From the IMG/VR virus record IMGVR_UViG_3300032287_003559, positions 96,001 through 160,000 of that record: a stretch of DNA of 64,000 bases; one strand, written 5' to 3'. Origin of the DNA: a virus. The position numbers and the translations under genes are program-made. The notes beneath the pieces were generated by a model. The model was not told the origin of the DNA, ran no database searches, and was given only the letters and a program-made list of their open reading frames with translations. Shown here piece by piece: positions 28,723 through 37,670 of the stretch (positions within the stretch are counted from its first letter, which is position 1; every line of letters begins with the position of its first letter).

Positions 28723-29766
28723 ATGAGAGTAGGATTAATTGGTTTAGGGCGGATGGGAGAAGGAATGTCCCGTCGTATGATGAAAGCAGGTATCGAAGTT
28801 TGGGGATATCGAAGGAATTATGAAAAAGCAAAAGAAGCATTTGAAAACGGATATGTTAACGGTGTTGCAGATTCTATTCAAAGCCTTGTTCAAATAGTTA
28901 AACATAAACAAAGTGGCGTGTCTGATGTATATGGGTCAGGTATCTTTATGATGGTTGTACCAGCAGAAACAGTAGAGGAAACAATCGATGAGTTACTACG
29001 ATTTTGTGGTGAAGGAGATATTATTATTGATCATGGCAATAGCAATTTTAAAGACAGTCGGAAGAGAGCAGAACGTTTGGCAAAGATGGGTATCCAATAT
29101 ATTGATTGCGGTACTAGCGGTGGTGTTTATGGTCTGGATCGTGGATACTGTCTTATGGTTGGCGGTGGAAATACTGCAGTCGCCACTTGTAAAAGCATTT
29201 TTGATGCCCTCTCCCCAGATATTCACTCTGCCCCAAGGACTAACCCCTGCGACAACGTAACCTCTGCAGAGCACGGTTGGTTGCATTGTGGTGGTCCAGG
29301 AGCAGGACATTTTGTGAAGATGGTGCATAATGGTATTGAGTATGGTATTATGCAGGCATATGCTGAAGGGTTCAACATTCTAAAGAGTGCAAACAATGGA
29401 GCACAATACGTCAAAGAAGGAGATGCAGAGGTCGCACCTATGGCAGATCCAGAAAGTTACTGCTATGATATTGATGTTGCTGAAGTGGCTGAGTTATGGC
29501 GTCGCGGTAGCGTTGTTAGTAGCTGGTTACTTGACCTTACTGCTGATGTGTTGCGCAGCAGCCCAGAGCTTAAACAATTCTCTGGTGGAGTATCCGACAG
29601 TGGTGAGGGTCGCTGGACTGTTACTGCCGCTGTGGATCTGGGGGTTCCCGCTCCTGTCATCACCACTGCTCTTTATGAAAGATTTAATTCACGCAATCTG
29701 GGCACTTTCGCTGCCAAGATTCTAAATGGTATGAGATATATGTTTGGGGGACACCACGTTAGATGA
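28723..29766 (+). CDS. gnd: 6-phosphogluconate dehydrogenase (short type)
   Basis: GLGRMG, DHGNS, GTSGG, GHFVKMVHNGIEYG, DSGEGRW, FGGH. Confidence 0.96.
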   Translation: MRVGLIGLGRMGEGMSRRMMKAGIEVWGYRRNYEKAKEAFENGYVNGVADSIQSLVQIVKHKQSGVSDVYGSGIFMMVVPAETVEETIDELLRFCGEGDIIIDHGNSNFKDSRKRAERLAKMGIQYIDCGTSGGVYGLDRGYCLMVGGGNTAVATCKSIFDALSPDIHSAPRTNPCDNVTSAEHGWLHCGGPGAGHFVKMVHNGIEYGIMQAYAEGFNILKSANNGAQYVKEGDAEVAPMADPESYCYDIDVAEVAELWRRGSVVSSWLLDLTADVLRSSPELKQFSGGVSDSGEGRWTVTAAVDLGVPAPVITTALYERFNSRNLGTFAAKILNGMRYMFGGHHVR

Positions 29767-29891
29767 TTAGTTCGGAGACATCTTATAAACTGGCTGAGAT
29801 CATTCGTGATACTTGGCCAGGTCTTTACAGGAACTCAAAAGTATCGTATAATAAAACACCTTCCATAAATAATTTTCAAAACTTAAATCAT

Positions 29892-30131
29892 ATGAAATTC
29901 ACAGTATATTCGAAAGATGGTTGCCCCTATTGCAGTAAAATCGAACAGGTGCTACAGTTATCCAATCTTGAGCATGTAGTGTATAAGCTTGGAACTGATT
30001 TTAATCGAGATCAATTTTATGCTGAATTTGGAGAAGGATCTACATTTCCACAAGTGATTTTAAATGATCAAGAACATATTGGTGGTTGTACTGATACTGT
30101 TCAATATTTAAAGGAGCAAAATCTGGTTTAA
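29892..30131 (+). CDS. nrdC: glutaredoxin (in-frame upstream extension possible from 29763)
   Basis: YSKDGCPYC, TFPQV, IGGCTD. Confidence 0.9.
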   Translation: MKFTVYSKDGCPYCSKIEQVLQLSNLEHVVYKLGTDFNRDQFYAEFGEGSTFPQVILNDQEHIGGCTDTVQYLKEQNLV

Positions 30132-30490
30132 TGGAAAACACTTTTCACGAAGTTTATTTTGATGTAGAAAAGGCAATTGATCTTGCCTTTAATGGACAAT
30201 TTGTTTTAAAATTTTATGATTATTTAAAAATTCGCAAAACACTTAGGCGTGAAGTAGAGGAATTTATTGAAAGTTCTACTGCATCTAATATAAGTAACGT
30301 TGTTATGGATTTGGATGAATATCTTGAAGGTGGATCAGATAATGCTCATAAACAACTTCGTGAAGGTTATGGTCATATTTCAAAACCTCAAGCAAGAAAA
30401 ATAAGAAACTATCTTTATAGTATTCTTGAAGATGCCTGGAGATACAGCGATGACAAAAGACCAGGAAGGAGAAAAAAGAAAACTAAATAA
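30131..30490 (+). CDS. conserved cyanophage hypothetical protein
   Basis: Coupled ORF; YLEGG...QLREGYGH..KP.ARKI. Confidence 0.75.
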   Translation: MENTFHEVYFDVEKAIDLAFNGQFVLKFYDYLKIRKTLRREVEEFIESSTASNISNVVMDLDEYLEGGSDNAHKQLREGYGHISKPQARKIRNYLYSILEDAWRYSDDKRPGRRKKKTK

Positions 30491-30656
30491 CTCAGAGCCT
30501 CAGATTAATCGAGGTGTTGAATTATTATTACGGAATAGGAGGAAGAGAGCATCAGAACCAAAAACTTTTCAAATGAAGTTTGGTAAAATGATCTCTCTAT
30601 TCCGTAGAGAGTTTCATTTCTTTATAGAATTTCATTTTGATATTAAGAAAAAATAA
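30426..30656 (+). CDS. hypothetical protein (start uncertain)
   Basis: ORF fills the gap; INRGVELLLR. Confidence 0.5.
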   Translation: MKMPGDTAMTKDQEGEKRKLNNSEPQINRGVELLLRNRRKRASEPKTFQMKFGKMISLFRREFHFFIEFHFDIKKK

Positions 30657-30674
30657 ACTCTCTGGAGAGAACAA

Positions 30675-30908
30675 ATGGGAACAGCATATGTAATAACATT
30701 CATAGTAATGTTCACTTTGCTTTTTTTTATGGTTGGAGGTATAATTGGCTGGTTAGTTTATAGACATCTGTTAGAAAATAAACCTCCTTATTTACATCCA
30801 GAGTTTTTTGATGAGAATGGTCAGATAATACCTGACGAAATAGTATCTGTAAGATTTGAAAATAGCGATTACGATTATGAGTACGACGAAGACGAGGAAG
30901 AAGACTGA
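30675..30908 (+). CDS. small membrane protein
   Basis: TM helix + HPEFFDENG; GGAGA RBS. Confidence 0.75.
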   Translation: MGTAYVITFIVMFTLLFFMVGGIIGWLVYRHLLENKPPYLHPEFFDENGQIIPDEIVSVRFENSDYDYEYDEDEEED

Positions 30909-31443
30909 AGATAATATCGAATCTCTTCCCACAAATCCTTTTGTGTTTGAAGTTTTAGAACTTGCTTCAAAACAAAGATCAAATGTTAAAAAGGTTGAAG
31001 TTCTTAAAGCATATGAACATGATTCTCTTAAAACAATTTTTGTTTGGAATTTTGATGAATCTGTAATCTCAATGCTTCCAGAGGGCGATGTTCCTTATGC
31101 TGATACAAATGAGCAAACAATTTATTCTGGAACTCTGTCTGAAAATTTAAAAAGAGAAACTGACGGTGGAGAGTCTGCAACAGGTCAAGATCTTGATGGG
31201 AGAGGTAAGACTTCCCTAAGAAAAGAGTATCAAAATCTCTATCATTATGTAAAGGGTGGAAATGACTCCCTTACAAATATTCGCAGGGAGATGATGTTTA
31301 TTAATCTTTTAAGAGGACTTCATTCTAAAGAAGCAGAGATTTTGATTCTAGTTAAGGATAAAAACCTTACGGATAAATATAAAATAACTCAAGAAATTGT
31401 TAAACAAGCCTACCCCGATATTACTTGGGGAGGTCGTTCGTGA
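30877..31443 (+). CDS. conserved T4-like hypothetical protein
   Basis: WNFD...LPEG.VPY, RRE.MFI.LL.GLH..EAE. Confidence 0.75.
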   Translation: MSTTKTRKKTEDNIESLPTNPFVFEVLELASKQRSNVKKVEVLKAYEHDSLKTIFVWNFDESVISMLPEGDVPYADTNEQTIYSGTLSENLKRETDGGESATGQDLDGRGKTSLRKEYQNLYHYVKGGNDSLTNIRREMMFINLLRGLHSKEAEILILVKDKNLTDKYKITQEIVKQAYPDITWGGRS

Positions 31444-31484
31444 ATTCTATGAGAAGTTTAATTGATAGAGTAAAGGGAGAAAAT

Positions 31485-31793
31485 ATGACTGAATCTGACA
31501 GAAAAGAAAAGCAAGTTCTCCCTCATGAATATGGATGTCAGATTCTCTTAGAAAAAACATCAATTGAAAAAGTAAAGGATCCTTCATTTCCAAACGATGC
31601 TTATTTAATCTGGTATATTGTTGATGGTAATCAACATATGGACCTAACACGTTGTAGTAGGAAAGTAAATTTATTTGATATGTATTATGATAAGTATGGT
31701 CCAGGTGCAGTTCAAAAAATTGATTTTGGTTATGGAAGAGTGAATCCCCGACTTTGGGGATATAAACAACCTGAGAAAAAGAAAAGAAAATGA
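31485..31793 (+). CDS. hypothetical protein
   Basis: GGGAGA RBS; FD.YYDKYG...G.GRVNPRLW. Confidence 0.7.
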   Translation: MTESDRKEKQVLPHEYGCQILLEKTSIEKVKDPSFPNDAYLIWYIVDGNQHMDLTRCSRKVNLFDMYYDKYGPGAVQKIDFGYGRVNPRLWGYKQPEKKKRK

Positions 31794-32002
31794 GTGCTGG
31801 ATTTGGTGGTCAAGGAAAAGAAAATAGAATCGGTAAAGATGCTAGCATTACTATTGACCTAGATAATATAGATATTGTTCTAAAACAATATAAAAAAATT
31901 AAAAAGTATCAAAAATCATCTCTGTACGCTATCAAAACAATGGACGGAACAGAAGATATTGTGAGTTCATTGATAAAGGAAGCGGAGGAAAATCCACTGT
32001 AA
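31790..32002 (+). CDS. hypothetical protein
   Basis: ATGA-coupled ORF. Confidence 0.65.
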   Translation: MSAGFGGQGKENRIGKDASITIDLDNIDIVLKQYKKIKKYQKSSLYAIKTMDGTEDIVSSLIKEAEENPL

Positions 32003-32329
32003 ATGGGGAAGCATTATCTACTCAATTTGTATGGATGCTCGTTTGTTCTTTTGGACGACGAGCGTTGTCTTATAGACTTACTAGAAAACGCAGCGATAGC
32101 GAGCGGAGCAACTGTAGTTCAAACAATTTCAAAAAAGTTTGATCCACAGGGAGTTACTGTTATTTGTTTATTATCGGAAAGTCATATAAGCATTCATACA
32201 TGGCCTGAGGAAGGTAAAGCAGCAGTGGATGTGTACACTTGTGGGGATTGTAATCCAAAGATTGGTTGTGATATAATCATTCAGCAACTCTATGCATCCA
32301 ACCATACATTGAGTTACATAGAACGGTAA
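32003..32329 (+). CDS. speD: S-adenosylmethionine decarboxylase proenzyme
   Basis: F.PQGVT, LLSESHISIHTWPE, DVYTCG. Confidence 0.95.
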   Translation: MGKHYLLNLYGCSFVLLDDERCLIDLLENAAIASGATVVQTISKKFDPQGVTVICLLSESHISIHTWPEEGKAAVDVYTCGDCNPKIGCDIIIQQLYASNHTLSYIER

Positions 32330-32339
32330 CAAAAGTTAC
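32326..32339. promoter_or_regulatory. NtcA binding site
   Basis: GTAACAAAAGTTAC = GTA-N8-TAC, with palindromic GTAAC/GTTAC arms. Confidence 0.75.
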
Positions 32340-32362
32340 ACAATAAAAATCTAATATATTAA

Positions 32363-32461
32363 TACGTTCATCGCTTATTGCGACGGAAGTAAGTTGACGC
32401 GGAACGGATCGTTCATTCGCTATTCGCAAATAGCGAACGCAAACGCCGACTGAAGGAACGC
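32363..32461 (+). ncRNA. double glutamine riboswitch-like RNA (glnA/Downstream-peptide family)
   Basis: Two CGTTCA-hairpin-CG...GGAACG units, E-loop AGTA/GAA, upstream of a YRG peptide. Confidence 0.85.
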
Positions 32462-32493
32462 TCTTTAACCTAAAAAACTAAGGAGAAAACCTA

Positions 32494-32655
32494 ATGTCAA
32501 AAGTAGTCTATCGTGGTGTCGAATATGATACCTCAGATCGTCCTAATCAAACATTTAAGCGTGAACCACGAGTAGAAATCTATCGTGGGTCTATGTTTTA
32601 TGTTGATGAGAATGGAAACAAACTCTCTATGCAAAAAGCAGGAGGGCAAAAATGA
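32494..32655 (+). CDS. DUF4278-like peptide (53 aa)
   Basis: MSKVVYRGVEYD...IYRG; AAGGAG RBS; downstream of the riboswitch. Confidence 0.85.
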   Translation: MSKVVYRGVEYDTSDRPNQTFKREPRVEIYRGSMFYVDENGNKLSMQKAGGQK

Positions 32656-32753
32656 ATACTTACTTCGTTCGTTACCTTAAAAGAAAGGCAAAGAAGGAGA
32701 AACTTCTCAAAGACGCACAACTGAATATGGCTAAGCAACCACAAGTTGCTTGA
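32652..32753 (+). CDS. 33-aa basic peptide
   Basis: MNTYFVRYLKRKAKKEKLLKDAQLNMAKQPQVA; GGAGG RBS and ATGA overlap. Confidence 0.6.
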   Translation: MNTYFVRYLKRKAKKEKLLKDAQLNMAKQPQVA

Positions 32754-32757
32754 TTCT

Positions 32758-32796
32758 AGAGAGGGACTTGACTCCCTCTCTTTTTTTATCTATAAT
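32758..32796 (+). terminator. terminator hairpin overlapping an early promoter
   Basis: AGAGAGGGA-CTTGAC-TCCCTCTCT + T run; TTGACT-17-TATAAT. Confidence 0.8.
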
Positions 32797-32819
32797 TATT
32801 TGTGTGAGGGTTTATAAAA

Positions 32820-33062
32820 ATGGATAAAGAAAAACTTAAATTCATAGTAAGAAATCTTGAGTCTCTTGTTGACTGTCTTAAGTCGGAAATTTACTCTGAT
32901 GTTGATGTGAATTCATACAAGCAAGAATTTCAATACGAAGAAATTGCCCCTTATATCGATGATTATGATGAAGTTTTTTATGATGAGGAAGATGATAATG
33001 AAAAATATGAATCAGTAAAAATTAATAAAAAAAATACAAATAATGATGGAGATGGACTGTGA
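32820..33062 (+). CDS. acidic hypothetical protein
   Basis: KLK.IVRNL.SLV..LKSEIYSD, then a D/E-rich tail. Confidence 0.7.
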   Translation: MDKEKLKFIVRNLESLVDCLKSEIYSDVDVNSYKQEFQYEEIAPYIDDYDEVFYDEEDDNEKYESVKINKKNTNNDGDGL

Positions 33063-33781
33063 AGGAACTCAACGAAGAATTCGAATTCATGAAACCAGAA
33101 GTAAAACTTGTTTCAGTAACACCAGATGCAGAAAAGCATATGGCATACTGTGCAAGAGTAAGTAACCCAAAGAATCAAGACAATGAAAGTTTTGATGGAT
33201 TGCTCAAGTATTGTATTAAACATCAGCACTGGAGCATCTTTGAGCAAGCAACGATGACTGTAGAGATTAATACTACAAGAGGTATCGCGGCTCAGATTTT
33301 ACGTCACCGTTCTTTTACATATCAAGAATTTTCACAACGATATGCAGATACTAATCTTCTGAATCAAACTATCCCTCTTCCAGAACTTCGTCGGCAGGAT
33401 GATAAGAATCGCCAGAATAGTATCGACGATATTCCTGACTATTTGAAACTCACTCTACTAGAAGACATCAGAATGCATTTTGAGCAGTCTCAGAGACTCT
33501 ACAACCGCCTTCTAGACAAGGGAGTAGCAAAGGAGTGTGCAAGGTTTGTACTGCCCTTAGCGACGCCCACACGCCTCTATATGACCGGTTCTGTAAGGTC
33601 ATGGATACACTACATTGATTTGCGTTCTGCACATGGTACACAGAAAGAACATATGGAGATTGCAGAAGCAGTTCGTTGTATTTTTACTTGTAAATTTCCA
33701 GCAGTGTCTGCTGCTCTTGGTTGGACTCGGGATAATTGTGATGATTGTGAAAGTATTCAACCCTCAATTCGTATAGACTAA
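33059..33781 (+). CDS. thyX: FAD-dependent thymidylate synthase
   Basis: HWSIFE, QILRHRSFTYQEFSQRY, ARFVLP, LRS..GTQKEH. Confidence 0.96.
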   Translation: MKELNEEFEFMKPEVKLVSVTPDAEKHMAYCARVSNPKNQDNESFDGLLKYCIKHQHWSIFEQATMTVEINTTRGIAAQILRHRSFTYQEFSQRYADTNLLNQTIPLPELRRQDDKNRQNSIDDIPDYLKLTLLEDIRMHFEQSQRLYNRLLDKGVAKECARFVLPLATPTRLYMTGSVRSWIHYIDLRSAHGTQKEHMEIAEAVRCIFTCKFPAVSAALGWTRDNCDDCESIQPSIRID

Positions 33782-33810
33782 ATATTCTCATATAAAATGG
33801 AGGAGTAAAC

Positions 33811-34053
33811 TTGGCGATTTATCCGATTATTCATAAAGAAACTGGTGAGAAAAAAGTTATTGAAATGAGTGTCCATGACATTCAACAATGGTATAAAGAC
33901 AATCCCGAATGGCAAAGGGATTGGTCTGAAGGGTGTGCATCTCCAGGAGAAGTTGGAGAATGGCAAAATAAACTCATCCAGAAAAACCCTGGATGGAATG
34001 ATGTTTTAGGTCGTGCGGCAAAGATGCCGGGTTCAAAAGTCAAAAAAATCTAA
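33811..34053 (+). CDS. conserved hypothetical protein
   Basis: GGAGG RBS + TTG start; YP..HKETGE, GWNDVL. Confidence 0.7.
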   Translation: MAIYPIIHKETGEKKVIEMSVHDIQQWYKDNPEWQRDWSEGCASPGEVGEWQNKLIQKNPGWNDVLGRAAKMPGSKVKKI

Positions 34054-34059
34054 CTTTAT

Positions 34060-34812
34060 ATGGCAAGAAGAAAAAGAGAAGACCAACCAATCGGAGTTGG
34101 AATGACTACAAAGCAAATGAAGCGTAAGAAGCCAATCAATCTTGATTTGATGAGAGAGATTGAACCTCTCACTGAAAATCAAAAACTTTTATATAAAGCA
34201 TATGAAAAAAATCAAAACATCGTTGCTTATGGATGTGCAGGAACAGGTAAAACATTTATTACATTGTACAATGCACTTCAAGATGTTTTAGATGAAAGAA
34301 GTCCTTATGAAAAAATTTACATCGTAAGGTCTCTTGTTGCTACTCGCGAGATTGGTTTTCTTCCAGGAGACCATGAAGATAAATCGTCACTTTATCAAAT
34401 TCCTTATAAGAATATGGTAAAGTATATGTTCCAAATGCCCGATGATGCATCTTTCGAAATGCTCTATGGAAACCTCAAAACTCAAGGAACTATTAGTTTT
34501 TGGTCTACTTCTTTTATTCGCGGAACTACTTTGGATAATTCAATTATCATAGTAGACGAATTTCAAAATCTGAACTATCATGAACTTGATAGTATCATCA
34601 CTCGTGTTGGTGAAAATAGTAAGATTATGTTCTGTGGTGATGCTACTCAAAGCGATCTTATTAAGACCAATGAAAAGAATGGAATTATTGACTTTATGAA
34701 AGTTCTTCGTATTATGCCTTCAATTGATATTGTTGAATTTGGAGTTGATGATATTGTTCGCTCAGGTCTAGTTAAGGAGTATATTTTGGCTAAAATGGAA
34801 GTCGGTGTATGA
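34060..34812 (+). CDS. phoH: PhoH-family ATPase
   Basis: GCAGTGKT, GFLPG, RGTTLD, VDEFQN, GDATQSD, DIVRS. Confidence 0.95.
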   Translation: MARRKREDQPIGVGMTTKQMKRKKPINLDLMREIEPLTENQKLLYKAYEKNQNIVAYGCAGTGKTFITLYNALQDVLDERSPYEKIYIVRSLVATREIGFLPGDHEDKSSLYQIPYKNMVKYMFQMPDDASFEMLYGNLKTQGTISFWSTSFIRGTTLDNSIIIVDEFQNLNYHELDSIITRVGENSKIMFCGDATQSDLIKTNEKNGIIDFMKVLRIMPSIDIVEFGVDDIVRSGLVKEYILAKMEVGV

Positions 34813-35489
34813 CATTTATTCATCATAATTACTTGGGTGATCTTGAATTAGAAAAGAAAGAAACAAACGGCACTCGCTTTTACCATCTTCCTGATGGGCA
34901 GTGGGTGCCTTCAATTACCTCAGTTACCTCATTTTACAATCGTCAAATTTTTGTTGATTGGAGAAAGCGTGTTGGTATTGAGGAAGCAAATCGTATTACA
35001 AAAAAAGCAACTTCAAGAGGAACAGATTTTCACCAAGTATGTCAGGATTATCTAGAAAATAAAGAACTTGACTGGAATAATTATCAACTCCTAACAAAAC
35101 ATATGTTTTATCATGCTAAATCAGAGCTTGATAAGATAAATAATATTCACGCGATTGAAAGAACTCTCTATTCAGAATATCTTGGACTTGCAGGAAGAGT
35201 TGATTGTATCGCAGAATATGATGGAGAACTAGCAGTTATTGACTTTAAAACCTCAGAAAAAATTAAACCAGAAGCGTGGATTGAAAATTATTTTGTTCAA
35301 GAAACATTCTATGCAGCTGCTTACTACGAACTAACAGGAAAGGTTGTAAAAAAACTTATTACATTGATGGTTACTCCTGGAGGAGAAGTCAAGGTATTTG
35401 ACAAAAGGAATAAAGGGGACTATATTAAGTTATTAGTTCGCTATATTAAAGAATTTGTACATCACAATACTAGGCCAGATGGAGAATGA
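34809..35489 (+). CDS. PD-(D/E)XK exonuclease
   Basis: PSITSV, RGT.FH, AGRVDC, VIDFKTS, Y..Q. Confidence 0.85.
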   Translation: MTFIHHNYLGDLELEKKETNGTRFYHLPDGQWVPSITSVTSFYNRQIFVDWRKRVGIEEANRITKKATSRGTDFHQVCQDYLENKELDWNNYQLLTKHMFYHAKSELDKINNIHAIERTLYSEYLGLAGRVDCIAEYDGELAVIDFKTSEKIKPEAWIENYFVQETFYAAAYYELTGKVVKKLITLMVTPGGEVKVFDKRNKGDYIKLLVRYIKEFVHHNTRPDGE

Positions 35490-35736
35490 ATTAGAAAAAG
35501 TATTAGAAAATAAGTTCTTCTGCCCATCACGTTTTGCACAAGAGATCGAAAATCTTGTGCAAATAAATGTTGATATGAATTATATTGATGCTATTATTTA
35601 CTTCTGTGAACAAAATAGTATTGACTTAGAATCGGTTCCAAAACTTATTTCAAAACCACTGAAAGAAAAAATTAAGTACGAAGCAATGGAACTGAACTTT
35701 TTGAAAAAAACATCGCGTGCAAAATTAATTTTTTAA
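35479..35736 (+). CDS. late-transcription co-activator gp33
   Basis: YIDAI..FCE.N.ID.E...KLIS.PLKEKI..EA..LNFL; T4 synteny. Confidence 0.85.
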   Translation: MENELEKVLENKFFCPSRFAQEIENLVQINVDMNYIDAIIYFCEQNSIDLESVPKLISKPLKEKIKYEAMELNFLKKTSRAKLIF

Positions 35737-36333
35737 ATGGCTCCCTTTGATGCTTATAAATGTTATCTGTCTTTGAAAAATCATTTTACCAAAGACAGTT
35801 ATGATTACTTTAAATATTGCGGAAAATCAAGAGCAACTGTTCAATCATTTTATAAAAGAAAAGATAGATTTTGGTTTGAAAAAGTATCAAGACAAAAATC
35901 AGATCAAGAAGTTATAGATTTTTTTGTTGCTAATTTTGTATCTTGTCCAGATCCAGAAACACTTTGGATTGGAGAAATGATCAAAGAGGGAGAGGAAAGA
36001 TACCAAAACTGGCAGAAGAAAATTCAATCACTTTCTTATGTCTTCAAGGAAGAAAGTCAATCTTTATTTGAAGAAAATAAATTTCAGGATGTTTTTAAAT
36101 GTTCTAAAGGACATCCAGTTCTTTTAAAGAAATTTTTAAGTGGTAAAGTTTCTTTGGAAACAATGGTTCTTCTTGATAGAGTATTTGCATATTCGAATAA
36201 CTTTGATAAAAAACTGCAAGATCCTGTGTGGAAAACCGTCAGTCGTAGAATTAAAAAATACAGCCCTTTCATAAATACTGACGTATTTCGTTATAAAAAA
36301 ATTTTGAAAGAAATTATTCTGGAGGATCAATGA
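35737..36333 (+). CDS. helicase loader gp59
   Basis: YL.LKNHF...YDYFKY.GK, F.KRKD, SLET. Confidence 0.88.
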   Translation: MAPFDAYKCYLSLKNHFTKDSYDYFKYCGKSRATVQSFYKRKDRFWFEKVSRQKSDQEVIDFFVANFVSCPDPETLWIGEMIKEGEERYQNWQKKIQSLSYVFKEESQSLFEENKFQDVFKCSKGHPVLLKKFLSGKVSLETMVLLDRVFAYSNNFDKKLQDPVWKTVSRRIKKYSPFINTDVFRYKKILKEIILEDQ

Positions 36334-36674
36334 GTTTTTTTAGTTCCGAAGTCGTTCGTGCAGAGATGACGGAAATTGCAGAACTTCAAGAACAAATTTA
36401 CGGAAACATTTTTAAGTTTCCAACAATGAGTAAAGAAGAAAAGCTTGAGCATGTTGAAGTTTTAGAAAAACTTTTGGATAAGCAAAAAATTCTCTACACA
36501 AGAATGAGTTTGTCTGATGATCCCGAAGCAATTGAAATGAAAGAACGTATCGTTCGGTCTGCAGTTATGATGGGAATGCCCCCAGGAACTGATATGAATA
36601 TCATTCTTAATAATATGTCTAAGATGCTTGATGTAATGAAAGAAAAAATTGACAAGACAGGTTCTGACCTGTAG
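36330..36674 (+). CDS. DUF1825-family protein
   Basis: FF.SE.V..E, KQ...Y.R.SLSDDP.A. Confidence 0.75.
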   Translation: MSFFSSEVVRAEMTEIAELQEQIYGNIFKFPTMSKEEKLEHVEVLEKLLDKQKILYTRMSLSDDPEAIEMKERIVRSAVMMGMPPGTDMNIILNNMSKMLDVMKEKIDKTGSDL

Positions 36675-36677
36675 AAT
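36649..36677 (+). promoter_or_regulatory. early promoter for gp32
   Basis: TTGACA-17-TAGAAT. Confidence 0.75.
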
Positions 36678-36722
36678 AACGAAGTACACAAAAGCCAAAT
36701 CCTATTAATACGGAGTAATCTA

Positions 36723-37670
36723 ATGTCTTTCGAAAATCTCAAGAAACAATCCAAACTGGGTTCTCTGACTTCTAAACTGGTAAAAGAAGTAGAGAAAATG
36801 AGCACTACTTCTGGAGGTGCTGATGAGCGTCTCTGGAAACCAGAGATGGATAAAACAGGTAACGGTTTCGCAGTAATTCGTTTTCTTCCTGCTCCTGAAG
36901 GAGAGGAACTTCCTTGGGCAAAGATGTATTCACATGCTTTCCAAGGACCTGGTGGATGGTATATTGAAAACTCTCTGACCACAATCGGTCAAAAAGATCC
37001 TCTTGGAGAATACAACCGAGAGCTGTGGAATACTGGTACTGAATCTAATAAAGAAATTGTACGTAAGCAAAAGCGTAAACTATCTTATTACAGCAACATC
37101 TATATTGTAAAGGATCCTGTAAATCCTCAGAATGAAGGTAAAGTCTTTCTGTTTAAGTATGGTAAGAAAATCTTCGATAAGATCATGGAAGCAATGCAAC
37201 CTGAGTTTGAGGATGAAACTCCTATCAATCCTTTTGATTTCTGGCAGGGTGCTAATTTCAAACTCAAGATCGTAAAGAAAGATGGATACTGGAATTACGA
37301 TAAGTCCGAATTTGGTTCCATTGAACCACTACTGGACGATGATGATGCGATGGAAGCAATCTGGAAGAAGCAGTATTCTCTGACTGCAATCACTGCTCCC
37401 GATCAGTTCAAGTCATATGAAGATCTTGAGCGTCGTATGAATATGGTTCTGGGCATCAAAAATTCTTCTCCTGCTCGCTCCCGTGCTGTGGTTGAACAGG
37501 AAGATGACCTAGAAGAGTTCTCTCAAACCCCTACTGTTCAAGATCGTGTAGTGGAAGAACTGGAACAATCTTATGCTCGTTCTAAGTCTCCTTCTCTTCC
37601 CAAAATTGCAACGGAAGATGAAGATGAAGATGATGCTCTTGCATATTTCTCACGTCTTGCTGAAGAATGA
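36723..37670 (+). CDS. ssDNA-binding protein gp32
   Basis: DERLWK, GNGFAVIRFLP, WYIENSLTT, GANFKLK, NYDKSEF, acidic tail. Confidence 0.95.
   Translation: MSFENLKKQSKLGSLTSKLVKEVEKMSTTSGGADERLWKPEMDKTGNGFAVIRFLPAPEGEELPWAKMYSHAFQGPGGWYIENSLTTIGQKDPLGEYNRELWNTGTESNKEIVRKQKRKLSYYSNIYIVKDPVNPQNEGKVFLFKYGKKIFDKIMEAMQPEFEDETPINPFDFWQGANFKLKIVKKDGYWNYDKSEFGSIEPLLDDDDAMEAIWKKQYSLTAITAPDQFKSYEDLERRMNMVLGIKNSSPARSRAVVEQEDDLEEFSQTPTVQDRVVEELEQSYARSKSPSLPKIATEDEDEDDALAYFSRLAEE

Noticed and set aside
34809-35489. Cas4 / CRISPR system
   Set aside because: No Fe-S cysteine cluster, no other cas genes and no repeat-spacer array seen; standard T4-like exonuclease position
36494-36982. 162-aa minus-strand ORF
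   Set aside because: Antisense to DUF1825 and gp32, which are clearly the real genes
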